NCBI RefSeq assembly: GCF_032444005.1
Contig: NC_091286.1
Span: forward strand, 709,094,001-709,158,000
DNA from: Ranitomeya imitator
Taxonomy: Eukaryota
Direction: 5' to 3'
DNA length: 64,000 nt
The first letter of the stretch is position 1, and each line of letters begins with the position of its first letter. The position numbers and the translations under genes are program-made. Under the pieces are notes generated by a model that did no database searches, was not told where the DNA came from, and saw only the letters and a program-made list of their open reading frames with translations. Of this stretch, positions 11,701 to 24,600 are shown in pieces.

Positions 11701-14700
11701 AAGTGAGAGAAGATGAGCGAGCCACGAGTAAGAAAGGTCTAAGGGGAGGGAAGACGAGCGAGCCATGGTAGAAGGGGTAACAGGGAAGACGAGTGAGTCA
11801 TGACAGACAGAGGGAGAAAAGACGAGTAAGCTATGAATCACAAAGGAGAAGACGAGCGAGCCATGACTAAGACATGGCTAAGGAGAGGGAAGACGAGCAA
11901 GCCATGGTAGAAGATGAAATGAGTGAGCCACGACTAAGACAGGTTTAAGGGGAGGGAAGACGAGCGAGCCATGGTAGAAAGGGGAACATGGTAGACAAGT
12001 GAGCCATGGGAGAAGGGGAAACAGGGAAGACGAGTGAGCCACAACTAAGATAAGGCTAAGGGGAGGGAACATGAATGAGCCATGGTAGAAGGGGAAACAG
12101 GGAAAATGAGTAAGCCACGGCTCATAAGGGGAAGAAAAGCTCACAGCTCACATGATGGTGGGGGGGGGGTGGAGGGAGGACAGTTGAGCCATGACACACA
12201 TGGGGGGAGAGAAGATGGGCGATCCATGACTGAGGGAGGGAAGACGGGCAAGCCTATAAGGCAAGGGGGGAGGGCAAAAGAAAATGAGCGATCCACGAGT
12301 CAGGGGAAGGGAAGACAAGTGATTCAAGACTCAGACAAAAAAGTGATCCATGCTGGACGGGTGTAGGGCCTAGTCAGATGAACATGCCGTGGCTCAGATG
12401 GAAGGAAACAAGCGAGTCATGGCTGACAGGGGGAGGGAAGGCAAACAAGCCATGACACATATGGGAGGATGAGCGATCCATGAAGGACGTGAATAGTGCG
12501 GATGAGCGGGCCATGGTTCAGATGGAGGGGGCATATAGAGAAGCTGAGCGAGCCAGAGCGCAGATGATGGTGGGGGGTGCAGAGGAAGAGTAACAGGAAC
12601 CACAGCAAGATGGGGAAATGAGACAAAGGACCGCTGGTTAAGACAGGAGGCAGTGGAGGAGACATACGTGTCACGGTTCAGACAGTGGTAAGGGGAAGGA
12701 GACGCAGGAACCACAGCTCAGACGGGGCTCAGGGAAAAGGCACAGAAACCACGGCTCAGACTGAGGCATGGGGCAGGAGACGTACAGGCCATGATTCAGG
12801 ATGGCAGTCTACTCACGCTGATGAGCCACAATACAATGAGCTGCCAGTAGCTTCAGAGACGGCACCTCAAACAGAGCCTGGTGGAAGAGGAGCTCCCGGG
12901 CAGTGGGACGTTTACTTGGGTCCATCTCCAAACACTTCTGGATGAATTCCTACCATAAAGTGACACGTAAATGAGGCCACAGTGCCAACAAGGCACCTTG
13001 TAGATATCACAACACCCAGACAGCCGGGGACGTCATCTTCCAGTTACCATACAACCAGCACATGGAGGAATGGCGTACTATCACCAGAGAACACCCCAAC
13101 AATCCCTACAGACCTCCAAATTCATCAGAAGACCATGCACGGGAACATGTGGACACTCATGGGGATACTCACCCTCTGTAGGGGGTCCTCCAAAGACTGG
13201 ATGGCATTGTTTATAGCCTCCTGGGGGACATAGGACGACTCTCCATTTCCTTGGATCTCTAGAACTGCCATCTGCAGACACAAAGGTCACAGTTACGAGT
13301 AGCGCCGTTCACACACAGTATCACAGCGTCAGTGGAGATTATATCTACAGCAACACCTATCAGACTGCTCAGGATACCGGCAACTCTGCCCCATCAGCCG
13401 TCACCTCACCTCCAGGGCACACATCCCGAATGAGTAGATGTCGACAGCGGTTGTCACATTTGTCACTTCTGTAACAGAAGAGACATCAGTCACAATGCTG
13501 AATACGACCTCATCGACCTGACATCCCAGAACTGGACCCAGACCCAAAACTTCCACCACAATATCACATGCTGAGCTTGCCCAATGACCAATTACCTCCA
13601 TATTCAGGTGCAAAAAAGTGCAGGTTCTTCTGCTCTTCCCGACAGGTCTTCACGTGGTTGTTGATGGTGTCTGGTGCCACTGGAAAAAGGAATAATAGAT
13701 CTCAAACACCACCCACAAATAGCAGCACAGAAGAAACGCAAAGGCATCGAGGAATGAGAACCCAGAAGAGTCTGCACGGAAGATCGATATCATCACTGCC
13801 CCCTCGCAGCCATCAGGCAACTAAATCATAGTCCACAAACATACACTACCCCACCCAAGGGCAAAAATCACTGAACAGCAAGCCAACCAAAGGGGAACGA
13901 CAAGTAGCTAAGCATCACAGCTGACGAGAAGGCCATAAGGTCACTGTGTGGCTACAGAACACACAGGAAGTCCGAGATCGCAAACTGAAGACACGTGAAG
14001 ACCACTTGTGTCCATTGTGCTTATGAGACGACCAGGTGGGGTCACCAGAGACGCGAGGCCCTAAATGGTGAGGGACGTTTTCTATAGATTACATGTGGTC
14101 ACTAAAGGGCCACAGATATGAAGCCCTTAATGGTCACTGACGTCACCCAAAGACAACTCATGCTCATTATGGCCATGATAAACTGCTGGTTGATCATCAT
14201 ACACGTGCAGGTCCTGTAGGCAATCACTCTGGGGTCACCACCTGCTGATAATTGGGATTGTAAAGTTACAGAAAATCTTGTGGTCTGGGATAAAGTCAGA
14301 CTTTAATATGAAAGTTATCAATAAACTCAAGTGTTTAAGATGGCGCATCCGCATCTCCGAGCAGAAGCCTTCTCCAGTAACCACCTTGGAGAAGAACTCA
14401 AATACGGAAAAAGGACAATAGTGGAATGTGATGACGAGACGTGACCGCCACGAAGCATTAATGTCCTGCCTGATGGAGCAGACACGTGCGAATGACACGG
14501 GCTGCGCCTCGCAATGCCGAGAGGTGACCAGAGAAAGGAACGAGAAATGCTGAGCAAACCTAAGAGCGAAGAGATTCTGGATCAACGTAACGCTCACTAC
14601 ATCCGGCTGCACGAATCACCCAACAAGTGTATGTGACCAGCACCGGTGAGGGGATACCAGGCAGTAGGTGCTGTTGCCCCCTACATCATGAAGGTCAGCA

Positions 14701-17700
14701 ACGGCTTCACAGTCAAACCTCGTTCTCCATAATCAAAAGGTCTTCTGGACTCCAAACTAGGGCTACTCAGAAGTCAAAGTCACTGAAGAATTCACACCCC
14801 AACCTGGAGAACAAAATAATGGGGCCAGAAAACCTCCGGGTCACATCACAGGAGAACCAACCACTACTCCAATCATCAGGAGCCCAATGTCTGGAGCATC
14901 TCAACCTGAGCAACCCTAAAATACAAACTCGATGAGCTGATGCTTCCCTTCCGTGTCTCCTAACAGTGGTCGCTCTGGAGGCCTGACCACCATCCATCCA
15001 TCGAAGGTGCCAGTGCAAAATATGGAGGCCATAGCAATGCCCCATGTGCACTATGCGATACCAACAAGTCCCAGCACATAGCTGCAATCAATCATTCACC
15101 CCACTGTACACGCGGGTTATCAGGAACATTGCTAAACTCTCTGCAAAGAAACAATGAACAACAATGTAAATCTCTGATCACCAGTAATCTAACAGAGGGT
15201 TCTCCAAATTCACCACAAATGCCAGCATTACTGACTGATGAGGCCTCAAGATTGTTCATCCTTTCACGAACGACCATTTTGGCTATGCATCACATTGGCA
15301 TCAGGTTACAACAGCCAGATTCCTAAGGAATTTCAGTCCAGTCCTTGTAGACAGATCACTAATATTAAAGGTTTTGCTGCAGCTACCTTCTTCACATCTC
15401 AAAGATTTACTAAGGGATTCGAGTCAGACGACTGATGGCCCCTCCAGAATCTTCCAGGACTTCTTCCACGCCTTAGTGGACTGGGAGGTGCTGGGATCAT
15501 TGTCTTGTTGGAAGGCCTAATGATGCCGGAGCTTCAGCTCCACACAGAAGGCAAGACGTTCTTGTAGGATTTTACTGTAGACATTGCCGAGCCTCCATCA
15601 TACTTCACTGTAGACATCACAGAGTCCCCACCGTGCTTCACTGTAGTCATTAATAAGCCCCCGCCTTGTTTCACTGTAGACAGAGTCCCCACCATGCTTT
15701 ACTGTAGACAGAGTCCTCACTGTGCTTTACTGTAGACATCAGAGTCCTCACCGTGCTTCACTGTAGACATCACAGAGTCCCCACTGTGCTTCACTGTAGT
15801 CATTAATAATCCCCCGCCTTGTTTCACTGTAGACAGAGTCCCTACCATGCTTCACTGTAGACATCAGAGTCCCCACCATGCTTTACTGTAGACATCAGTG
15901 TTCTCACCGTGCTTTACTGTAGACATCACAGAGTCCCCACTGTGCTTCACTGTAGACTGAGTCCTCACTGTGTTTTACTGTAGTCATTAATAAGCCCCCG
16001 CCATGCTTCACTGTAGATATCAGAGTCCTCGCCATGCTTGACTGTAGACATCAGAGTCCCCACCGTGCTTTACTGTAGACATCACAGAGTCCCCACCATG
16101 CTTCAAAGTAGTCATTAATTAGTCCCCACCGTGCTTCACTGTAGTCAGAGTCCTCGCCATGCTTCACTGTAGACATCAGAGTCCTCGCCATGCTTTACTG
16201 TAGACAGAGTCCCTACCGTGCTTGCTTCACTGTAGACATCACAGAGTCCCCACCATGCTTCACAGTAGTCATCAATTAGCCCCCACCGTTCTTCACTCCT
16301 CATCTTGGCATGCTTAGCATGTCAATCTCCGCAAGAAGAAACGATACTCACTGTAGACATCACAGAGTCCCAGCCATGCTTTACAAGACATCACCGATTC
16401 CCAACCGTGCTTCTTTGTGGACATCACCGCGCCCCTTTTGTGCTTCACTGTAGTCATTACCAAGACTCTGCCGTGCTTCTCTGTAGAAATCAACGAGCCC
16501 AACCATATGTCTGGAAAGCTCCAGAGATTTGTCAACAGAACAGAATCCCAGAACTTCTGTGGTTGTGTCTAGGATTTGAGCACTTTGGAGGTGACTTTTC
16601 TTGAGCTTTTGGGTGTATATCTTCTCCAGGTCTTCAGAAGTCCCTGGAACGTTTTTGAGCACCTGCAGGAATCTGTCTACCACATCCAGGCAGTCTAGCC
16701 GGTGTTCCTGCGGCTTTGTGCAAGGAGCTCTTCTCTTACAAGCTGGGAATTTCAGCGAGCTGGAGAGGATTACCCATAAGGAGGAGAGTAAGGTTCCACA
16801 AGCTGGTGTCTGGCGATGCTTCACGTCAGCAGGTCCCACCAGCCATTGTGGTCTGCTAAGTACTAAACAGGCTGGTCATGAAGGGGGAAATCATTGCGAG
16901 CAGTCAGTAAAGAGGCGATCCGTGGAGATTTGTGACCAGCGATTTACATTATTTGTGTTTACAGCAGAAAGATTGTACATTTTAGTAATAAACCGAAATG
17001 ACAACGTGACTGACTGCAGTCGTGGATCGCGGGATTTACAACCTCACCGGCGTTGACTTTTCAGAAACAATCAATGATATTCGGACATGGTAGCCGTCTG
17101 GATATCGTTTACTGCAGACTCTGCTCTGCTAATGTGCAGCCATGAGGTGACCACCATTACCTGAAAGCGAGCCCCCAGCAGGGTCCGCAGAGATCTCACC
17201 CCCCACCCATCCATTCCCCAGCACAGAGCATCGAGAAGCAAGCAGCGGAGGGCGAGCATCAGAGCCCCCCACCCACAATCCCTGCAGAGGAGGTGGAAAT
17301 GCAATGAAGATGAGAAAGGGTTAAAGAGAAGCCATCTATGGGGACATGCACACATGGAGGGGCTCCTACATGCTACGGAGCTACAAAAGTCAGCAGCAAA
17401 CAAACCCGGAAAGGCGGCCGAGCTCCTGACCGGCCAAGCCAGAGAGAGGAAAAGGGTACAAGCGATCCCACCGCCCCGAGCCGCAGTCACCCATGTAACC
17501 AGGATTGTCAGGAGGGACGCCGCACTCTCCAGGAGGGACGCCGCACTCTCCAGGAGGGACGCCGCACTCTCCAGGAGGGACGCCGCACTCTCCAGGAGGG
17601 ACGCCGCACTCTCCAGGAGGGACGCCGCACTCTCCAGGAGGGACGCCGCACTCTCCAGGAGGGAAGCCGCACTCTCCAGGAGGGAAGCCGCACTCTCCAG

Positions 17701-18594
17701 GAGGGAAGCCGCACTCTCCAGGAGGGAAGCCGCACTCTCCAGGAGGGAAGCCGCACTCTCCAGGAGGGAAGCCGCACTCTCCAGGAGGGAAGCCGCACTC
17801 TCCAGGAGGGAAGCCGCACTCTCCAGGAGGGAAGCCGCACTCTCCAGGAGGGAAGCCGCACTCTCCAGGAGGGAAGCCGCACTCTCCAGGAGGGAAGCCG
17901 CACTCTCCAGGAGGGAAGCCGCACTCTCCAGGAGGGAAGCCGCACTCTCCAGGAGGGAAGCCGCACTCCAGGAGGGAAGCCGCACTCTCCAGGAGGGAAG
18001 CCGCACTCCAGGAGGGAAGCCGCACTCCAGGAGGGAAGCCGCACTCCAGGAGGTGACATGGGCGAGTGCCACAAGCTGAACACAGATACAATGCAACAAC
18101 AGGAACATCACAGAGCTGAAGAGTCGTCTCACCATTAGCAAAAATCCTATGAAAGACTGGTGTGGAGACAGAGCGGCCGAAGCAGGAGATAAAACGAGAC
18201 AAGTCAATGAGTGGATGGAACGGCTGGGGTGGAGGAGGATGTCATAAATACAGGAGGTGGGACATGCACCGCCGCGCTCACACCAACCCGCCAGCCACAG
18301 GGGACCGCTGCACCCGCGCACACACACGGGGACCGCTGCACCCGCGCGCACACACACGGGGACCGCTGCACCCATACAATCACACACGGGGACCGCTGCA
18401 CCTGTACAAACATACTGGACCCGGGGACCGCTGCACCCGTACACACACACGGGAACCGCTGCACCCGTACACACACACACACACACGGGGACCGCTGCAC
18501 CCATACAATCACACATGGGGACCGCTGCACCTGTACAAACATACTGGACCCGGGGACCGCTGCACCCGTACACACACACGGGAACCGCTGCACC

Positions 18595-18625
<31 letters not shown>

Positions 18626-21600
18626 GGGGACCGCTGCACCCATACAATCACACACGGGGACCGCTGCACCTGTACAAACATACTGGACCCGGGGACCGCT
18701 GCACCCGTACACACACACGGGAACCGCTGCACCCGTACACACACACACACACGGGGACCGCTGCACCCATACAATCACACATGGGGACCGCTGCACCTGT
18801 ACAAACATACTGGACCCGGGGACCGCTGCACCCGTACACACACACGGGAACCGCTGCACCCGTACACACACACACACACACACACACACGGGGACCGCTG
18901 CACCCATACAATCACACATGGGGACCGCTGCACCTGTACAAACATACTGGACCCGGGGACCGCTGCACCCGTACACACACACACACACGGGAACCGCTGC
19001 ACCCGCACTGGGCCTGGGGACCGCTGCACCCGCGCGCACGCACACGGGAACCGCTGCACCCATACAATCACACACGGGGACCGCTGCACCTGTACAAACA
19101 TACTGGACCCGGGGACCGCTGCACCCGTACACACACACTGGGCCCGGGGACCGCTGCACCCGTACAAACACACTGGGCCCAGGGACCACTGCACCCGTAC
19201 AAAACACACTGGGCCCGGGGACCGCTGCACCCGTACAAAACACACAGGGCCCGGGGACCGCTGCACCCGTAAAAAACACACTGGGCCCGTGGACCGCTGC
19301 ACCTGTACAAAACACACTGGGCCCGTGGACCGCTGCACCCGTACAAAACACACTGGGCCCGTGGACCGCTGCACCCGTACAAAACACACTGGGCCCGTGG
19401 ACCGCTGCACCCGTACAAAACACACTGGGCCCGGGGACCACTGCACCCGTACAAAACACACTGGGCCCGTGGACCGCTGCACCCGTACAAACACACAGGG
19501 CCCGGGGACCGCTGCACCCGTACAAAACACACTGGGCCCGGGGTCCGCTGAACCCGTACAAACACACTGGGCCCGGGGACCACTGCACCCGCGCGCACAC
19601 ACGGGGACCGCTGCACCCGTACCAACACACTGGGCCCGGGGACCGCTGCACCCGCACATACATCCACACACACGGGGACCACTGCACCTGTGCACCCGCC
19701 TGAGGACCGCTGCACCTGTGCGCACACACACGGGGCCCGCTGCACCTATGCACGCACACATGGGGCCCAGGGACCGCTGCACCTGTGCATGCACACATGG
19801 GGCCCATGGACCGCTGCACCTGGGCACAGAAATGAGAACAGCTCCACATGTGCAAACATACTGGGTCCGGGGACGACTGCACCTGCGCAAGCACACACAC
19901 ACAGGAACCGAGAACCATTGCACTTGTGCACAAATGCACGGGGCAGCTACACTCTTTCCAATCACCTTAGATAAAGCAGCGGCACACACTCCTTTCCCTC
20001 CTCTCAGGAGCGGCAGCAAAACTAACGCCTTACATTCCTCCTTCCAGGAATAGCAGCACTAACTCCTTCCACCAGTAGATGCAGCGGCACACACTCATTC
20101 TAACCCTCCCCCGAGGAGCGGCACACACTCCTTCTAACCCTCCCCCCAGGAGCGGCACACACTCCTTCTAACCCTCCCCCCAGGAGCGGCACACACTCAT
20201 TCTAACCCTCCCCCGAGGAGCGGCACACACTCCTTCTAACCCTCCCCCCAGGAGCGGCACACACTCCTTCTAACCCTCCCCCCAGGAGCGGCACACACTC
20301 CTTCTAATCCTCCCCCGAGTAGCGGCACACACTCCTTCTAATCCTCCCCCCAGGAGCGGCACACACTCCTTCTAATCCTCCCCCCAGGAGCGGCACACAC
20401 TCCTCCTAATCCTCCCCCCAGGAGCGGCACACACTCCTCCTAATCCTCCCCCCAGGAGCGGCACACACTCCTTCTAATCCTCCCCCCAGGAGCGGCACAC
20501 ACTCCTTCTAATCCTCCCCCCAGGAGCGGCACACACTCCTTCTAATCCTCCCCCCAGGAGCGGCACACACTCCTTCTAATCCTCCCCCCAGGAGCGGCAC
20601 ACACTCCTTCTAATCCTCCCCCCAGGAGCGGCACACACTCCTTCTAATCCTCCCCCCAGGAGCGGCACACACTCCTTCTAATCCTCCCCCCAGGAGCGGC
20701 ACACACTCCTTCTAATCCTCCCCCCAGGAGCGGCACACACCTTCTAATCCTCCCCCCAGGAGCGGCACACACTCCTTCTAATCCTCCCCCCAGGAGCGGC
20801 ACACACTCCTTCTAATCCTCCCCCGAGGAGCGGCACACACTCCTTCTAATCCTCCCCCCAGGAGCGGCACACACTCCTTCTAATCCTCCCCCCAGGAGCG
20901 GCACACACTCCTTCTAATCCTCCCCCCAGGAGCGGCACACACTCCTCCTAATCCTCCCCCCAGGAGCGGCACACACTCCTCCTAATCCTCCCCCCAGGAG
21001 CGGCACACACTCCTTCTAATCCTCCCCCCAGGAGCGGCACACACTCCTTCTAATCCTCCCCCGGCAGCGGCACACACTCCTAATCCTCCCCCCAGGAGCA
21101 GCACACACTCCTTCTAATCCTCCCCCGGCAGCGGCACACACTCCTAATCCTCCCCCCAGGAGCGGCAGCGGCACACACTCCTCCTAATCCTCCCCCGAAG
21201 AGCGGCAGCGGCACACACTCCTTCTAATCCTCCCCCAGGAGCGGCAGCAGCACACACTCCTTCTAATCCTCCCCCAGGAGCGGCAGCGGCACACACTCCT
21301 ACTAATCCTCCCCCCAGGAGCGGCAGCGGCACACACTCCTACTAATCCTCCCCCTAGGAGCGGCACACACTCCTCCTAATCCTCCCCCAGGAGAGGCAGC
21401 AGCACACACTCCTAATCCTCCCCCCAGGAGCGGCAGCGGCACACACTCCTCCTAATCCTCCCCCGAAGAGCGGCAGCGGCACACACTCCTTCTAATCCTC
21501 CCCCAGGAGCGGCACACATTCCTTCTAATCCTCCCCCCAGGAGAGGCAGCGGCACACACTCCTTCTAATCCTCCCCCCAGGAGCGGCAGCAGCACACACT

Positions 21601-24600
21601 CCTTCTAATCCTCCCCCCAGGAGAGGCAGCAGCACACACTCCTTCTAATCCTCCCCCCAGGAGAGGCAGCGGCACACACTCCTTCTAATCCTCCTCCCAG
21701 GAGCGGCAGCGGCACACACTCCTTCTAATCCTCCCCCGAGGAGCGGCAGCAGCACACACTCCTACTAATCCTCCTCCCAGGAGCGGCACACACTCCATCT
21801 AATCCTCCCCCGGCAGCGGCACACACTCCTTCTAATCCTCCCCCGAGGAGCGGCAGCAGCACACACTCCTACTAATCCTCCTCCCAGGAGCGGCACACAC
21901 TCCATCTAATCCTCCCCCGGCAGCGGCACACACTCCTTCTAATCCTCCCCCGAGGAGCGGCAGCAGCACACACTCCTACTAATCCTCCTCCCAGGAGCGG
22001 CACACACTCCATCTAATCCTCCCCCGGCAGCGGCACACACTCCTAATCCTCCCCCCAGGAGCGGCACACACTCCTACTAATCCTCCCCCCAGGAGCGGCA
22101 GCGGCACACACTCCTTCTAATCCTCCCCCAGGAGCGGCAGCAGCACACACTCCTTCTAATCCTCCCCCAGGAGCGGCAGCGGCACACACTCCTTCTAATC
22201 CTCCCCCAGGAGCGGCAGCGGCACACACTCCTTCTAATCCTCCCCCAGGAGCGGCAGCGGCACACACTCCTCCTAATCCTCCCCCCAGGAGCGGCAGCGG
22301 CACACACTCCTTCTAATCCTCCCCCAGGAGCGGCAGCGGCACACACTCCTACTAATCCTCCCCCAAGGAGCGGCACACACTCCTCCTAATCCTCCCCCCA
22401 GGAGAGGCAGCAGCACACACTCCTTCTAATCCTCCCCCCAGGAGCGGCAGCGGCACACACTCCTTCTAATCCTCCCCCAGGAGCGGCAGCGGCACACACT
22501 CCTTCTAATCCTCCCCCGAGGAGCGGCACACACTCCTTCTAATCCTCCCCCCAGGAGAGGCAGCGGCACACACTCCTTCTAATCATCCCCCCAGGAGCGG
22601 CAGCGGCACACACTCCTTCTAATCCTCCCCCAGGAGCGGCAGCGGCACACACTCCTTCTAATCCTCCTCCCAGGAGCGGCACACACTCCATCTAATCCTC
22701 CCCCGGCAGCGGCACACACTCCTAATCCTCCCCCCAGGAGCGGCACACACTCCTACTAATCCTCCCCCCAGGAGCGGCAGCGGCACACACTCCTTCTAAT
22801 CCTCCCCCAGGAGCGGCAGCAGCACACACTCCTTCTAATCCTCCCCCGAAGAGCGGCAGCGGCACACACTCCTTCTAATCCTCCCCCCAGGAGCGGCAGC
22901 GGCACACACTCCTTCTAATCCTCCCCCAGGAGCGGCAGCAGCACACACTCCTACTAATCCTCCCCCGAAGAGCGGCAGCGGCACACACTCCTACTAATCC
23001 TCCCCCAGGAGCGGCAGCGGCACACACTCCTACTAATCCTCCCCCAAGGAGCGGCAGCGGCACACACTCCTCCTAATCCTCCCCCCAGGAGAGGCAGCAG
23101 CACACACTCCTTCTAATCCTCCCCCCAGGAGCGGCAGCGGCACACACTCCTTCTAATCCTCCCCCAGGAGCGGCAGCGGCACACACTCCTTCTAATCCTC
23201 CCCCCAGGAGAGGCAGCGGCACACACTCCTTCTAATCATCCCCCCAGGAGCGGCAGCGGCACACACTCCTCCTAATCCTCCTCCCAGGAGCGGCAGCGGC
23301 ACAAACTCCTCCTAATCCTCCCCCGAGGAGCGGCAGCGGCACAAACTCCTCCTAATCCTCCCCCGAGGAGCGGCAGCGGCACACACTCCTTCTAATCCTC
23401 CCCCGAGGAGCGGCAGCGGCACACACTCCTTCTAATCCTCCCCCGAGGAGCGGCAGCAGCACACACTCCTTCTAATCCTCCCCCTCAGGAGCGGCACACA
23501 CTCCTCCTAATCCTCCCCCCAGGAGCGACGGCAACACACACACTCCACTCTCTTGATGGCAGCACACACACACTCCACTCTCTGACGGCAGCACACACAC
23601 ACACTCCACTCTCTGACGGCAGCACACACACACACTCCACTCTGACGGCAGCACACACACTCCACTCTCTGACGGCAGCACACACACACACTCCACTCTC
23701 TGACGGCAGCACACACACACACTCCACTCTCTGATGGCAGCACACACACACACTCCACTCTCTGACGGCAGCACACACACACACTCCACTTTCTTGACGG
23801 CAGCACACTCTGGCAGGTGCGGACATACACGAGGTTGGAGGAGCTCAGGTTAGTGTCTGTGTCCTCAGTGCCCTGCTCTATTTTTTCCTTCTATCTCATC
23901 GCCCATTTATTGCAACATACAAGTGTTGTTAATACCAGCAGCTACAAAGCAGATATTAGTATTACTGCCTGGCAGGTGTGAGCTGCTGTCACCGGAGACA
24001 GCGAGCGGAGACTTACCGGAGCCAATCTTGATGAGTCCATTATGCTGAATGAAGATGGTGTCACAGGTCAGATTTCCATGGATGATCGGAGGGTCACAGG
24101 AGTGGAGGTAACTGTGGGAAAAAAAGAGACAAAAAGCTTACCACCTATACACCCTCACAGCTGAGCACAGGGCAGTAGACCACGACTGACACCGACTGTA
24201 ATATTATAATACTACCCCCTACACGAGTCACCATCTACTGCTATAACCTACACACCCTCACAGCTGAGCACAGCGTGGTACACAGCGACCGACACCTCCG
24301 ACTGTAATAGTATAATACTACACCCTAAACAAGTCACCATCTACTACTATAACCTACACACCCTCACAGCTGAGCACAGCGTGGTACACAGCGACCAACA
24401 CCTCCGACTAATAGTATAATACTACACCCTAAACAAGTCACCATCTACTACTATAACCTACACACCCTCACAGCTGAGTACAGCGTGGTACACCACGACT
24501 GACACCCCGGACTGTAATAGTATACTACTACACCCAGCACAGGTCACCATCTACTACTATAACCTACACACCCTCACAGCTGAGCACAGCGTGGTACACA

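Noticed and set aside
13900-15330. Coding-like, moderately complex intronic sequence (ORFs 14235-15435)
   Set aside because: I could not recognise any domain or consistent frame. It may be an old TE or pseudogene remnant; blastx or Dfam would be needed.
17338-20053. Overlapping 180-600 aa ORFs on both strands ([19 protein letters not shown] repeats)
   Set aside because: Minisatellite artefacts; only the 24-nt microexon has splice signals and homology.
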